The translations under genes were made by a program, and so were the position numbers. The notes under the pieces were generated by a model, which worked only from the letters and a program-made list of their open reading frames with translations, was not told the DNA's origin and did no database searches. A DNA stretch of 64,000 nucleotides from Bacillota bacterium (GTDB lineage Bacteria > Bacillota > Dehalobacteriia > UBA4068), in NCBI GenBank assembly GCA_024679955.1, contig JAILCQ010000009.1:76814-140813 (forward strand), written 5' to 3'. Shown in pieces: positions 9,819 through 18,959 of this stretch (position 1 is its first letter; each line of letters opens with the position of its first letter).

Positions 9819-10862
9819 TTATCCCTCCTTCCGATTGACGCTGTTTTCGGCTATGGCGGTGATTTGCGCCGCCAGCGGCAGTATGGGCAAACCGTTGGCC
9901 TGCTCCAATGTGGGCAAAAAGTGACGGGGCCAGGCATTGGCGCCGTATAATGCGCCGGCGATGGCGCCGGTCATGGTACCGATGGTATCCGTATCATAGC
10001 CGATATTGGCCGCGCCCACGATAGCGCCCAGAGGATCTCCGGGATTGGCTGCCACCAAGCCCACGGCGCAGGGGATGGCCTCCGCCACATGGAGCCCGGC
10101 GCCGATGCACTGGCCCAGCAGCACCATTTTTTCTTCCGGGCTGCCCGGCCCCAGGCCGATTTCAATGGCTTTTTCCAGGCGTTTGACCACGGAAGGGGAG
10201 GCCACGTCCAGGGCGATCTCCCGGCCCCGGCGTTCTCCTTCTATCGCGCCGTAGCGGGCCGCCTGCAGTACCGAATACAGATCCGCTTCCGGGGTAAGGG
10301 CCTGGCTGACTGCGCAGGAAATGGCGCAGGCCCCGGAGAGCGCAGGGAAATTATCATGGGTGAGCATGGTGACGGTGATGCTGTCGGCGATGGTTTGTTC
10401 CAGGTCTCCGGGATGGAACATGCCGATCGGCGAGATGCGCATGGCCGAGCCGTTGGTCGCTTGCCGGGATTGCAGTTTGACGCCGCCGGAATCGGGCACC
10501 GTCTCCCCCTGGAATCGTTTGATCGCCACCCGGGTGGTGGGGCCGGCAAAACGGTCGAAGAAAACCGCATGCTTCGACCATTCCACCAAAGCTTGCTGTA
10601 CATTGGGCACATTGACCCGGCCGCCGTCGCCGGCAATGCTTTTGGCCAAAAACCAGGCGGAACTGAAATCGTCGGTGGCCTGTCCGGGAACGTTGCCCGC
10701 GCCGAAGGTATCATTGGGCGGGGTCTCAAAATCCGTTACCGTATGGCCGAAGTATTCCAGGATTTGCTCTGTGGTACGGGCTTCCGTAGCCGCGCCCATA
10801 CCGTCGCCGGCCGCCGCGCCGATCAAAGCGCCGAGGATCCGGTCGAATAGGGAATAGGACAT
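9819..10862 (-). CDS. ADP-ribosylglycohydrolase (ARH/DraG) family protein, tandem paralog
   Basis: 347 aa with GAAAGDGMG, paralogous to the preceding ARH gene. Confidence 0.85.
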   Translation of the reverse strand: MSYSLFDRILGALIGAAAGDGMGAATEARTTEQILEYFGHTVTDFETPPNDTFGAGNVPGQATDDFSSAWFLAKSIAGDGGRVNVPNVQQALVEWSKHAVFFDRFAGPTTRVAIKRFQGETVPDSGGVKLQSRQATNGSAMRISPIGMFHPGDLEQTIADSITVTMLTHDNFPALSGACAISCAVSQALTPEADLYSVLQAARYGAIEGERRGREIALDVASPSVVKRLEKAIEIGLGPGSPEEKMVLLGQCIGAGLHVAEAIPCAVGLVAANPGDPLGAIVGAANIGYDTDTIGTMTGAIAGALYGANAWPRHFLPTLEQANGLPILPLAAQITAIAENSVNRKEG

Positions 10863-10877
10863 ATGCTTTACCTCCGT

Positions 10878-12017
10878 TTACAGCATTTCGGTGAAGGCGT
10901 TGAGCCTGGTTTTGATCTGCTCGTCGCCGCTTTGGGAATAATCGGTTTCGATCGCCAGATAGGGCAGTCCCTTTTCTTCCGTGACCAGGCGGCGTACGTT
11001 TCTGGTCTCTATGGCGTAGGTCAAACAGGTTTGCAGCACCACTTCCACCACGCCGTCGATACGGAACTCGTCGATCATGCGCCGCAGCAGATCCATGCGG
11101 TAGGTGTTCGGCGACATGCAGGAGCAGCCGATATGCAAATAGCGGCGGGCCAGGGCGTCGTAAATGTCACCGGCGTCCTCATCCACCATCTCATAAAGGG
11201 ATTTGGCGCCGCTGCAGCTTTCAAAGGCCACGGCATAGGCGTTTTCTTCCAGCGCGGACAGCACTTTTTGATATACGCCGCCCAGGGGGCTGCCGGTCAC
11301 CAGGATACGCGGTCTTTTTTCTTTCAAGCCGCCTTGCTGCCGCAGCCGTTGGGTCAGCTCGACGATCTCCTGCCGGGCCGCTTCCCGGTCGAAACGGAAA
11401 GAACTGCCGTTCAGCACTTTATAACAATCCATACCCGTCATAGGCGGCGGGTCCATTTTCATCAATTCATAAAAATCTACCAGCGCCCGGCGTTCCCGAT
11501 TGCGTTGGGCCACGGCGGCCCGCAGTTTTTCCTCGGTGATTTCCACGCCGAATTTTTGTTCCAGGCAAGCTTTGAGCCGAAGGATTTCTTTTTTCCATAA
11601 TCGTAGCGCATCTTCGGATTGATTATTGGTCAATTCCATGACCCATACGTCTTTAAAATCCGCCAGATGCTCATACATTTTTTTCTTGCCGTCGCAAGTG
11701 GTTTCCGCAATGACCAGATCGGAGAAATAGAAATAGGGGCATTTATCCGTCTTGGCAAAACCGTAACTGGCTTTGATCAAGGGGCAGAGATTCCGGGGCA
11801 GGTCCTGCTCGGCGGCGGGTATGGTCTCGTCGCTGACCGAGCAAAGACTGACCACCGCCGCGCCGGCGGCCAGGGGCAATTCGATCGGCATATAGGTGCA
11901 AAAGATACCTACCAACGGTGTGCCGCTTTGTTTAAATTCTTTGGCTGTGATAAAGCTTTGCCTTCTTTGTTGGCTGAAGGTATCGAATATTTTCGGTAAA
12001 TCTGCGACCGTGCTCAT
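10878..12017 (-). CDS. 2-hydroxyacyl-CoA dehydratase / benzoyl-CoA reductase-family single-subunit Fe-S protein (HgdB/DCCP-like)
   Basis: 379 aa, Cys-rich (about 11 Cys), HgdB/BcrB-like fold. It is a solo subunit sharing an operon with a BcrAD/HgdC-type activase. Confidence 0.65.
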   Translation of the reverse strand: MSTVADLPKIFDTFSQQRRQSFITAKEFKQSGTPLVGIFCTYMPIELPLAAGAAVVSLCSVSDETIPAAEQDLPRNLCPLIKASYGFAKTDKCPYFYFSDLVIAETTCDGKKKMYEHLADFKDVWVMELTNNQSEDALRLWKKEILRLKACLEQKFGVEITEEKLRAAVAQRNRERRALVDFYELMKMDPPPMTGMDCYKVLNGSSFRFDREAARQEIVELTQRLRQQGGLKEKRPRILVTGSPLGGVYQKVLSALEENAYAVAFESCSGAKSLYEMVDEDAGDIYDALARRYLHIGCSCMSPNTYRMDLLRRMIDEFRIDGVVEVVLQTCLTYAIETRNVRRLVTEEKGLPYLAIETDYSQSGDEQIKTRLNAFTEML

Positions 12018-12163
12018 AATCGTTCCTTTCTTTTCTTATATTGCAATACGGTATGCTGCGCTTCGCTGGGGCTTCTATACCGGTATTGCGCTTGCGGCGG
12101 CGTTTACCGCCGCCTTTTGCGGATCTGCATATACGGTGGATGGGTTGTATGGCTTGCCAATAG

Positions 12164-12205
12164 TAAAGTATCTCACTTACCGTTAGATGAAGTGAGATAC
12201 TTTAC
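12164..12205 (-). other. intercistronic perfect 16-bp stem-loop (mRNA stability or processing element)
   Basis: gtaaagtatctcactt-(11 nt)-aagtgagatactttac between the SBP and DCCP genes, with no T-run, so not a classic terminator. Confidence 0.5.
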
Positions 12206-12277
12206 CAAAGCGTTAGAAAAAGAAGAGATAAGAGATGGATTTATCAGAAGAATTCTATTGTAGATATAGGCTGCGCA

Positions 12278-13393
12278 TTATTTCCAGCCGTCGTATTGAT
12301 CCACGTTGTCGGCGTTGACCAAAGCGAAGGGCGTCCAGAACATATCTTCGGTGATTTCATGGCCCTGAACCGCTTTCAACGCCAGGATCAGGCCGGCTTT
12401 ACCGAACAGGTAGGGGGACATGACCACGGAACCGTCCAGTTCGCCGTTTTCAATGGAGGTTTTGGCTTCTTCGATGAAGTCGATACCGACCACTTTCACC
12501 TGGTCTTTGACGCCGGCGGCTTTCATGGCTTCCACCACGCCCAAGGCCATTTCGTCATTGGCGCACATAATGCCCTGCAGGTCGGGATTGGCTTGCAGGA
12601 TATTGGTGGCGATGTCATAAGCCGTTTGACGGTCCCAGTTGGCCGCTTCTACCGCCACGATTTCGCCGCCGTTTTCTTCAAAACCGGCGATGGCGCCGTT
12701 TTTCCGCTGTTCGCTGTTGTCCGCGCCGGCCTGGCCTTCGATGACGGCCACTTTGCCGGAGCCGCCCAACAGTTCCATGATGTAGGAAGCGCCCAGTTTG
12801 CCTTGGGCTTCAAAGTCGGAGGTAACGAAAGCTTCCACTTTCGCGCCGGCGTCTTTGGCGGCCTGTTCGTCGATGTTGGTGCCGACGGCTACGACTTTAA
12901 TGCCGCGAGAGGTGGCTTCGGCCACCGGGTTCACCAGACTGAAGGGCGTCATGGCGGAGACGGCAAACGCGTCATAATCTTTGGCCAGCAGCGCGGTCAT
13001 GGCGTCCGCCTGGCCTTGTTCATCGGCTTCGTTGGGGGAGGCGACCACGTCTACGCTTACGCCGTATTCTTTGGCGGCGTCTTCATAGCCTTCCTGAACG
13101 GTCACCCAGAAAGGATTGGTCATGCTGAAGGCGATGGCGCCGATCTTTTCACCGTTTCCTTTTTCCGGCAGCGGAGACAAGGCTTCCAGCATAGAAGCTT
13201 CCGCTTCTTTCAGCAATTCGTTGGTGATGGTAAAGGAGTCTTCTTCTGTGTTGGCGGCTTCGTTGTTTTCATCGGTTTCGGCAGACGTGTCATCCTGCGT
13301 ATCCGCGGGATTTTCCTGGGTGCAGCCGCAAAACGCGAAGCAGGCCAGCAACAGGCACAGAGTAACGATCAACAAAAATTTGATTCTTTTCAT
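12278..13393 (-). CDS. sugar ABC transporter substrate-binding lipoprotein (ribose/xylose-type PBP1)
   Basis: Lipobox LLACFAFCGC, an acidic low-complexity linker, then a periplasmic-binding-protein type-1 fold. Confidence 0.85.
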   Translation of the reverse strand: MKRIKFLLIVTLCLLLACFAFCGCTQENPADTQDDTSAETDENNEAANTEEDSFTITNELLKEAEASMLEALSPLPEKGNGEKIGAIAFSMTNPFWVTVQEGYEDAAKEYGVSVDVVASPNEADEQGQADAMTALLAKDYDAFAVSAMTPFSLVNPVAEATSRGIKVVAVGTNIDEQAAKDAGAKVEAFVTSDFEAQGKLGASYIMELLGGSGKVAVIEGQAGADNSEQRKNGAIAGFEENGGEIVAVEAANWDRQTAYDIATNILQANPDLQGIMCANDEMALGVVEAMKAAGVKDQVKVVGIDFIEEAKTSIENGELDGSVVMSPYLFGKAGLILALKAVQGHEITEDMFWTPFALVNADNVDQYDGWK

Positions 13394-13500
13394 TCTTTTT
13401 CTTTTCCTCCTTGCTATTTCTGCATCTCTTCTATATTATTACTTCCATCCGAAGGACGGAGGTCCGGGGGACGGAAGCGATAACCCCAAAGCGATCCTTC

Positions 13501-14445
13501 TTATTTGGCGTGCTCCCGCATAAAGCGTTTTACTTCATCCGCATGCGCCTTGATGCGGGGACCGAAACGAAGGCATTTCATAGCGCCCACCGCCGCCGCG
13601 AATTCCAGCGCCGCCTGGGCGCTTTGGCCTTCGTGGAAAAAGGCGTAGATCAGGCCGCCCAAAAAACTGTCCCCGGCCCCGGTAGAATCTACCGGCACAA
13701 TGGAGAAGGCGGGACTGTGCAGGGTTTTTCCCTCCTGCAGCCATATGGCGCCGCAATCGCCGGCGGTGCATACCGCGCCGAAACGGGGACGGTATTCTTC
13801 ATATACGGCGGCCAGCGCCTGCTGCATATCCGCTAAACCGCTGTATTCCTCATACGGCTCCCGGCCGCTGACGATCAAGTCGGCCAGGGCCAGCGAGGCC
13901 TCCAGATCCGCGTCTGTGTTGCCGGCTTTTCGCATAAAGCTGGGCGTGCATTGCATACATAAGACCACGGGGATGTCCTTTTTTTTGCACATACGAGCGA
14001 TCTTCAGCGTCGCTTTCCCCGGGAAGAAGTCGCTGTAGAACAAATCTACCCCATCCAGGATGGATTCGTCGATCTCCTCCGGTTGCAGATCCATCAAAGC
14101 GTCGCCCAAATTGACGAAAATGCAGTGATTGCCTGTGGCTGCCGCCCAAATATAGGTATGCAGGGTGACGCCGCCCGGCTTTTCTACCAGCCAACCGTCC
14201 TCCACGCCGTCTTGCCGCAGGGTGGAGCGGAACAAACGGCCCCGCTCATCGTCGCCGATCTTGGCCAACAGGCGGGCCCGCACCCCCAAGGCGGCCAGAG
14301 CCGCCAGCATATTGGCGCAGCTGCCGCCGGGCAGGAGTTGCTCCCGGTCAATGACTTGAAAACTGTCTTCCTGAGGCAGGCGGTCGCAACCGATCACGGT
14401 GTCCATGGCCGCCGCGCCCAGGCCCAAAACGGTGTTTACCGACAT
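13501..14445 (-). CDS. PfkB-family carbohydrate/nucleoside kinase (ribokinase-like)
   Basis: 314 aa. N-terminal GGAAMD plus GG dipeptide, and a C-terminal DSTGAGDSF anion-hole motif. Confidence 0.85.
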   Translation of the reverse strand: MSVNTVLGLGAAAMDTVIGCDRLPQEDSFQVIDREQLLPGGSCANMLAALAALGVRARLLAKIGDDERGRLFRSTLRQDGVEDGWLVEKPGGVTLHTYIWAAATGNHCIFVNLGDALMDLQPEEIDESILDGVDLFYSDFFPGKATLKIARMCKKKDIPVVLCMQCTPSFMRKAGNTDADLEASLALADLIVSGREPYEEYSGLADMQQALAAVYEEYRPRFGAVCTAGDCGAIWLQEGKTLHSPAFSIVPVDSTGAGDSFLGGLIYAFFHEGQSAQAALEFAAAVGAMKCLRFGPRIKAHADEVKRFMREHAK

Positions 14446-14517
14446 GCGTTTTCCTTCTTTCTATGATCCAGCTTTCCGGCAGCCGCCGGAAACGCTATGG
14501 TATTCGATGAGATTCGA

Positions 14518-15501
14518 TCAATGGGAACGATCCCGGTTGTTTCTGATCTGCGCGATGATGATGGCAATGAGGATGACCCCGCCGGTGATCAGTTGTTGGA
14601 AATAGGTGGGGATGGACAACAGGGTCAGGCCGTTGCGCAATACGCTCAAGGTGATGCAGGCGATAAAGACGCCGAAAATGGAACCGCTGCCGCCGTTGAG
14701 GCTGCCGCCGCCCAAAACCACGGCGGCGATGGCGTCCATCTCATAGGTGGAACCGGCCAAGGGGGCCGCCGAATTCAAACGGGCGGTCATGATCAGACCG
14801 GCCACGGCGGCGCAAAAACCGGATACGGCATAAATGCTGATGCGGTACAGATTGACCCGCACCCCGGAACGGCGCAGGGCTTCGGCATTGCCGCCCAGGG
14901 AAAGGCTGTATTTGCCCCACAGGGTGCGGCGCATCACCACAAAAGCGGCCAGGGTCAGCAGCAGGGAAAGGACGATGGGTGGATTCAGCGGGCCGATATC
15001 GCCGGTTCCCCACCATTTGAAGCTTTGGGCAAAACCGTATATGGATACGCCGCCGGTCAGGATCAGGGCGACGCCCCGGGTAATGGTCATGGTGGCCAGG
15101 GTGGTGATAAAGGGATTGACGCGGATCAGGGCAACGATGACGCCGTTGACCACGCCGGAAACGACGCCGATGGCTATGCCCAGCAAAATAGCGGGGTAGG
15201 TGGCAACGCCCCCATGCATCAAAACAGCCATGATGACGCCGCACATACCGGCGACGCTGCCTACGGAAAGATCGATGCCGCCGCTGGCAATGACGAAAGC
15301 CATGCCCAGGGACAATATCAGATATACGGAGCATTGATCCAGGATATTGCGAAAGTTTTTCCAGGCCCAGAAATAATCCGAGCTGACAGATAGGAAAATC
15401 ACCAAAACCAACAAAGCCAGCGTCAGCAATAATTGTGGAAAAGCGCGGCTCAAAGTGGCGGAAAAGGCGGTTTTCCCTTGGCCGGTATCGTGTTTTTTCA
15501 T
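14518..15501 (-). CDS. ABC transporter permease (RbsC/CUT2-type)
   Basis: Polytopic membrane protein of the branched-chain/ribose permease family. Start taken at MKKHDTG, overlapping the ATPase stop (ATGA coupling). Confidence 0.8.
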   Translation of the reverse strand: MKKHDTGQGKTAFSATLSRAFPQLLLTLALLVLVIFLSVSSDYFWAWKNFRNILDQCSVYLILSLGMAFVIASGGIDLSVGSVAGMCGVIMAVLMHGGVATYPAILLGIAIGVVSGVVNGVIVALIRVNPFITTLATMTITRGVALILTGGVSIYGFAQSFKWWGTGDIGPLNPPIVLSLLLTLAAFVVMRRTLWGKYSLSLGGNAEALRRSGVRVNLYRISIYAVSGFCAAVAGLIMTARLNSAAPLAGSTYEMDAIAAVVLGGGSLNGGSGSIFGVFIACITLSVLRNGLTLLSIPTYFQQLITGGVILIAIIIAQIRNNRDRSH

Positions 15502-16262
15502 TGTTTGGCTCCATTTGACGCCGAACCGCCGACGATCATGCAAACGATATCGTCCGCGGTAACGGATTTTGTATCCAGTACAGCCAGAACCTTCCCTTGC
15601 CGTATCACGCAAATGCGATCTGACAATTCAAATACCTGTGGGATATTGTGGCTGATGATGATGACGCCGTATCCCTGGTCGGCCAGGTGGCGGATCAGCT
15701 TTTGCACTGCCGCGGTTTCTTTCAGGCCCATGGCCGCCGTGGGCTCGTCGAGGATGATCATTTTCCCGCCCTGGCGAATGGCACGGGCCACCGCCAAAGC
15801 CTGCCGCTGGCCGCCGGAAAGATCGGCCACGACCGACTCCTGATCCGGGATGGATACCTGCAGCCGCTCCAGAAGCTCTGCCGTTTCCCGGCGCATCTTT
15901 TTCTTATTGAGCCAGCCCCAGCGCCGGTATTCATGGCCGAGAAAGATGTTTTCCCAGACGGTTTGGGTATTGACCAGCGCCAGATCCTGATATACGGTGG
16001 TGATGCCTTTTTCCTCCGCCAGTTTCGGCGTCAGGTGTGCAAAGCTTTGTCCGTCTATGGAGATTACCCCGCCGTCCGGCGTGATGGCCCCGGATAAAGC
16101 TTTGATCAAGGTGCTTTTGCCGGCGCCGTTATCGCCGACGATGGCCAGTATTTCCCCGGGATAGGCTTCCAGACTGGCGCCTTTCAGCGCCTCGATATGG
16201 CCGAAGTTTTTTTTCAAGTTTTCTACCCGTATATAGGGTTGCCGTTCGTTCACCTTACGCAC
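15498..16262 (-). CDS. ABC transporter ATP-binding protein (single NBD)
   Basis: Walker A GDNGAGKST, signature LSGGQRQ, Walker B IILDEPT. Confidence 0.9.
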   Translation of the reverse strand: MRKVNERQPYIRVENLKKNFGHIEALKGASLEAYPGEILAIVGDNGAGKSTLIKALSGAITPDGGVISIDGQSFAHLTPKLAEEKGITTVYQDLALVNTQTVWENIFLGHEYRRWGWLNKKKMRRETAELLERLQVSIPDQESVVADLSGGQRQALAVARAIRQGGKMIILDEPTAAMGLKETAAVQKLIRHLADQGYGVIIISHNIPQVFELSDRICVIRQGKVLAVLDTKSVTADDIVCMIVGGSASNGAKQ

Positions 16263-16334
16263 CTCGATCGTTGAAAAGGCTTATATGGGAAAGGCTTTTC
16301 CCGCCAGGAAAGCAGGGAAAGCCCGGCATTCGCT

Positions 16335-17099
16335 TTACCGTTCCGCCGCCAAGAGCGCCGCGCCGATGGCGCCCGCAAATCTGGCGTTTTCATGGCTGAC
16401 CAGGGGCTTGCCCAGTCGCTGGCCCAGGGCGCGGATCAGGTTTTCCTGCTTGCATAGGCCGCCGGTAAGAAAAACCGGCTCGTCGCTGATGAGCTTGGCG
16501 GCCTGGGCGCAGACTTTTTGCACGATGGAATCCACAATGGCGTAGGCGATATCCGCCCTGGCCGTTCCTTTGCCGATCAAACCCACCACTTCCGACTCGG
16601 CGAAGACCGTGCACATGGAAGAAATATGCACGCCGCCGCCGGTGGCGGCCAAATCGCATAATTCGTCAATGGATATGCCCAGGGCCGCGGACATGATTTC
16701 CAAAAAACGGCCTGTCCCGGCAGAGCATTTGTCGTTCATCATAAAATCCCGCACTTTGCCGTGCTCGATGCGCATGATCTTGCTGTCCTGGCCGCCGATA
16801 TCGATCACCGTGGCCGCTTCCGCGCCGAACAGCCAATACGCGCCTCTGCCATGGCAGGTGATTTCGGTAATGCGCTTGCCGGCATAGGCGACGGCGTTGC
16901 GGCCGTATCCGGTGGCCACCACTTTTTCCTGCTGTACGTCCATGTGCAGGCGGGCGAAATCTTCCGCCAAAGCCTGGGCGGCGCCGGCGCTGTCCCAACC
17001 GGTGGGACGCAGCAGCGTATGCAGCAAAGCGCCCGTCTCATCGACTACGGCCGCCTTGGCGCTGGAGGAACCAATATCGATACCAATAAAAAAAGACAT
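16335..17099 (-). CDS. BadF/BadG/BcrA/BcrD-type ATPase (2-hydroxyacyl-CoA dehydratase activase HgdC-like)
   Basis: FIGIDIGSSSAKAAV N-terminal ASKHA motif, NDKCSAGTGRF cluster-ligand loop, about 255 aa. First gene of the operon. Confidence 0.8.
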   Translation of the reverse strand: MSFFIGIDIGSSSAKAAVVDETGALLHTLLRPTGWDSAGAAQALAEDFARLHMDVQQEKVVATGYGRNAVAYAGKRITEITCHGRGAYWLFGAEAATVIDIGGQDSKIMRIEHGKVRDFMMNDKCSAGTGRFLEIMSAALGISIDELCDLAATGGGVHISSMCTVFAESEVVGLIGKGTARADIAYAIVDSIVQKVCAQAAKLISDEPVFLTGGLCKQENLIRALGQRLGKPLVSHENARFAGAIGAALLAAER

Positions 17100-17198
17100 A
17101 CCTTTACCTCTTTGCAAGCCCAAGACGGGAAAGTCCGGTGTTGTGGCATGTAATGGTTAGAAACAAAAGTTTAAATTATCCTAGAAACAGCATGATTA

Positions 17199-17227
17199 AG
17201 TATAGCATGCTGCCCTAACAGTTTCAA
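17199..17227 (-). promoter_or_regulatory. sigma-A-type promoter for the nine-gene operon
   Basis: On the minus strand: TTGAAA, a 17-nt spacer, then TATACT, about 100 nt upstream of the activase start. Confidence 0.5.
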
Positions 17228-17314
17228 TGAAATCCAGGGGATTTTAATATTGTTTTTCAATATAATAGTATTATATTATCGATTAAATCGATGTATAATC
17301 ATGTATGATTGCAA

Positions 17315-17351
17315 ATAAAAATCCCAAGATACACCGGGCCGGTATCTTGGG
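17315..17351 (-). terminator. rho-independent terminator of hisC
   Basis: cccaagatac-cggcccggt-gtatcttggg stem followed by a T-run on the minus strand. Confidence 0.75.
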
Positions 17352-17410
17352 ATTGGTACAAACGCTATGAAAGCCGCGGCAGGCCGCCGGGGCGGGGGAC
17401 AGAAGAGAGA

Positions 17411-18535
17411 CTATTTGGCGTCGTATTCCGCTTTGATTTTGCGCAGGGCGCTGATGAAACGCTGGTTTTCTTCCATGGTGCCGATGCTGACCCGCAGGAA
17501 TTCGGGGCAATTGAAAAGGAAGCCGGGGCGGACGATGACCCCTTGGCGCAGCAATTCTTCGTTGATCTCCCGGGAGGGCATGCCGATATTGACGAAAATG
17601 AAATTGCTGGAGGAGGGGGCGCATTCCATGCCCATTTCCTTTAATTGCTGCTGCAGATAGGTACGGCCCTCTTCGTTATTGGCGATCACCCGGGTCAGGA
17701 ATTCTTCGTCGTCCATGGCCGCGTATGCCGCGACCTGGGACAGACGGGTGACGGGGAAAGCGGGGATGACCCGGCCCAAAGCCTCTGCCAGATGCAAAGG
17801 CGCCACGGCGTAACCGATGCGCAAACCGGCCAGGCCGTATGCCTTGGAGAAGGTGCGCAGGACGATCACGTTTTTCCCGGCGCGCACATAGTCCATGCCG
17901 TCGGGATAGTCCGGATCTGATACGAATTCAAAATAGGCCTCGTCCAAAAGTACCACCACATGATCGGGGATATTGTCCATAAGCTTTTGCATTTTCTTTT
18001 TGCCGATTATGGTGCTGGTGGGATTATTGGGATTGCACAAAAAGATCATCTTGGTTTTGGGCGTGATCGCCGCCAAAACGGCGTCCACGTCAAAGCGGTA
18101 CTCCTTATCCACCGATAATTCGATCAATTTGCCGCCCATCAACCTTGTATATATATTGTAGGAGGCAAAAGTAGGTTCGCAAACGATGGTTTCGTCGCCT
18201 TCATTGATGAAGGCGTTACAGGCCAGGATGATGATATGCTCACCGCCGTCTCCCACAATGATCTGTTCCGGGGAAACGCGGTATTTGGCAGCCAGTTTTT
18301 CCCGCAAAAGCGGGCTGCTGCCTTCGGGATACAAATAGCAATTCTCCAGTTCCTGCTGCATCGCGGCGATGGCTTTGGGGGAGGTATGCAAGGGATTCTC
18401 GTTAGAAGCCATTTTGATGGCGTTGTGCACGCCGTATTCCCGTTCTACCGCTTCTATGGGTTTACCGGGTATATAAGGGGGCAGATCCATTACGTTTTTG
18501 CGGGCGAATTTGGTTCCGTCGGCCATTTCCATCAT
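17411..18535 (-). CDS. hisC: histidinol-phosphate aminotransferase
   Basis: Closely resembles B. subtilis HisC (PGKPIE, ASNENP, LRTFSKAYGLAGLRIGY). ATGATG start preceded by aggaaag; monocistronic. Confidence 0.8.
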   Translation of the reverse strand: MMEMADGTKFARKNVMDLPPYIPGKPIEAVEREYGVHNAIKMASNENPLHTSPKAIAAMQQELENCYLYPEGSSPLLREKLAAKYRVSPEQIIVGDGGEHIIILACNAFINEGDETIVCEPTFASYNIYTRLMGGKLIELSVDKEYRFDVDAVLAAITPKTKMIFLCNPNNPTSTIIGKKKMQKLMDNIPDHVVVLLDEAYFEFVSDPDYPDGMDYVRAGKNVIVLRTFSKAYGLAGLRIGYAVAPLHLAEALGRVIPAFPVTRLSQVAAYAAMDDEEFLTRVIANNEEGRTYLQQQLKEMGMECAPSSSNFIFVNIGMPSREINEELLRQGVIVRPGFLFNCPEFLRVSIGTMEENQRFISALRKIKAEYDAK

Positions 18536-18744
18536 CTTCTTTCCTGTTTTTTGCAATAGTCATAAGCGATTTTATTCTCTTATTTTTTATTATCATGATA
18601 AAAAATTATAAAACGCTCATTTTGCACGAAGAGGGCAAGAGCTTGTTTCGGCTCCTACCCTTTGAACGCACATATAGATGATTAAATTCTTCATAAAATA
18701 AAGTTTTCCTGCAATATTGATAGAATATTATTGCTTGCTCTACG

Positions 18745-18885
18745 ATTGGCAGGCAGGTATGCGTAAGCGGTTGCTCTTTCCCGGCTTCCCCGGTCAGTGC
18801 GCCTGGATATCCCTGCGCCGGAGAGCTGGGAAAAGACGGAAGGCCGCCATAAATTCGCTGCCGCGCCGTTGACTACGGAAGTAAG
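18745..18885 (-). ncRNA. candidate cobalamin (AdoCbl-type) riboswitch in the hisC leader
   Basis: Minus-strand read: ..CAGGGATATCCAGGCGCACTGACCGGGGAAGCCGG...GCATACCTGCCTGCC. This has B12-box-like elements (GC(G)CACTG...GGGAAGCC...ATACCTGCC) but the GGTG element is missing. Confidence 0.4.
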
Positions 18886-18959
18886 ATAAAGTAAAATATT
18901 TGTAACAAACTGCCTGTAATACGGAGAAGCTTTGTCAGATGGATGAAGGAGGCCTGAAA

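Noticed and set aside
17411-18535. Reinterpreting hisC as cobD (threonine-phosphate decarboxylase) because of the B12-riboswitch-like leader
   Set aside because: The protein closely matches B. subtilis HisC (PGKPIE, ASNENP, LRTFSKAYGLAGLRIGY) and not Salmonella CobD. I kept hisC and flagged the incongruity.
18560-18700. T-box leader upstream of hisC
   Set aside because: Only a weak GGGTAGGAGCCG resemblance to the T-box sequence, with no Stem I AGAGA/AGTA features.
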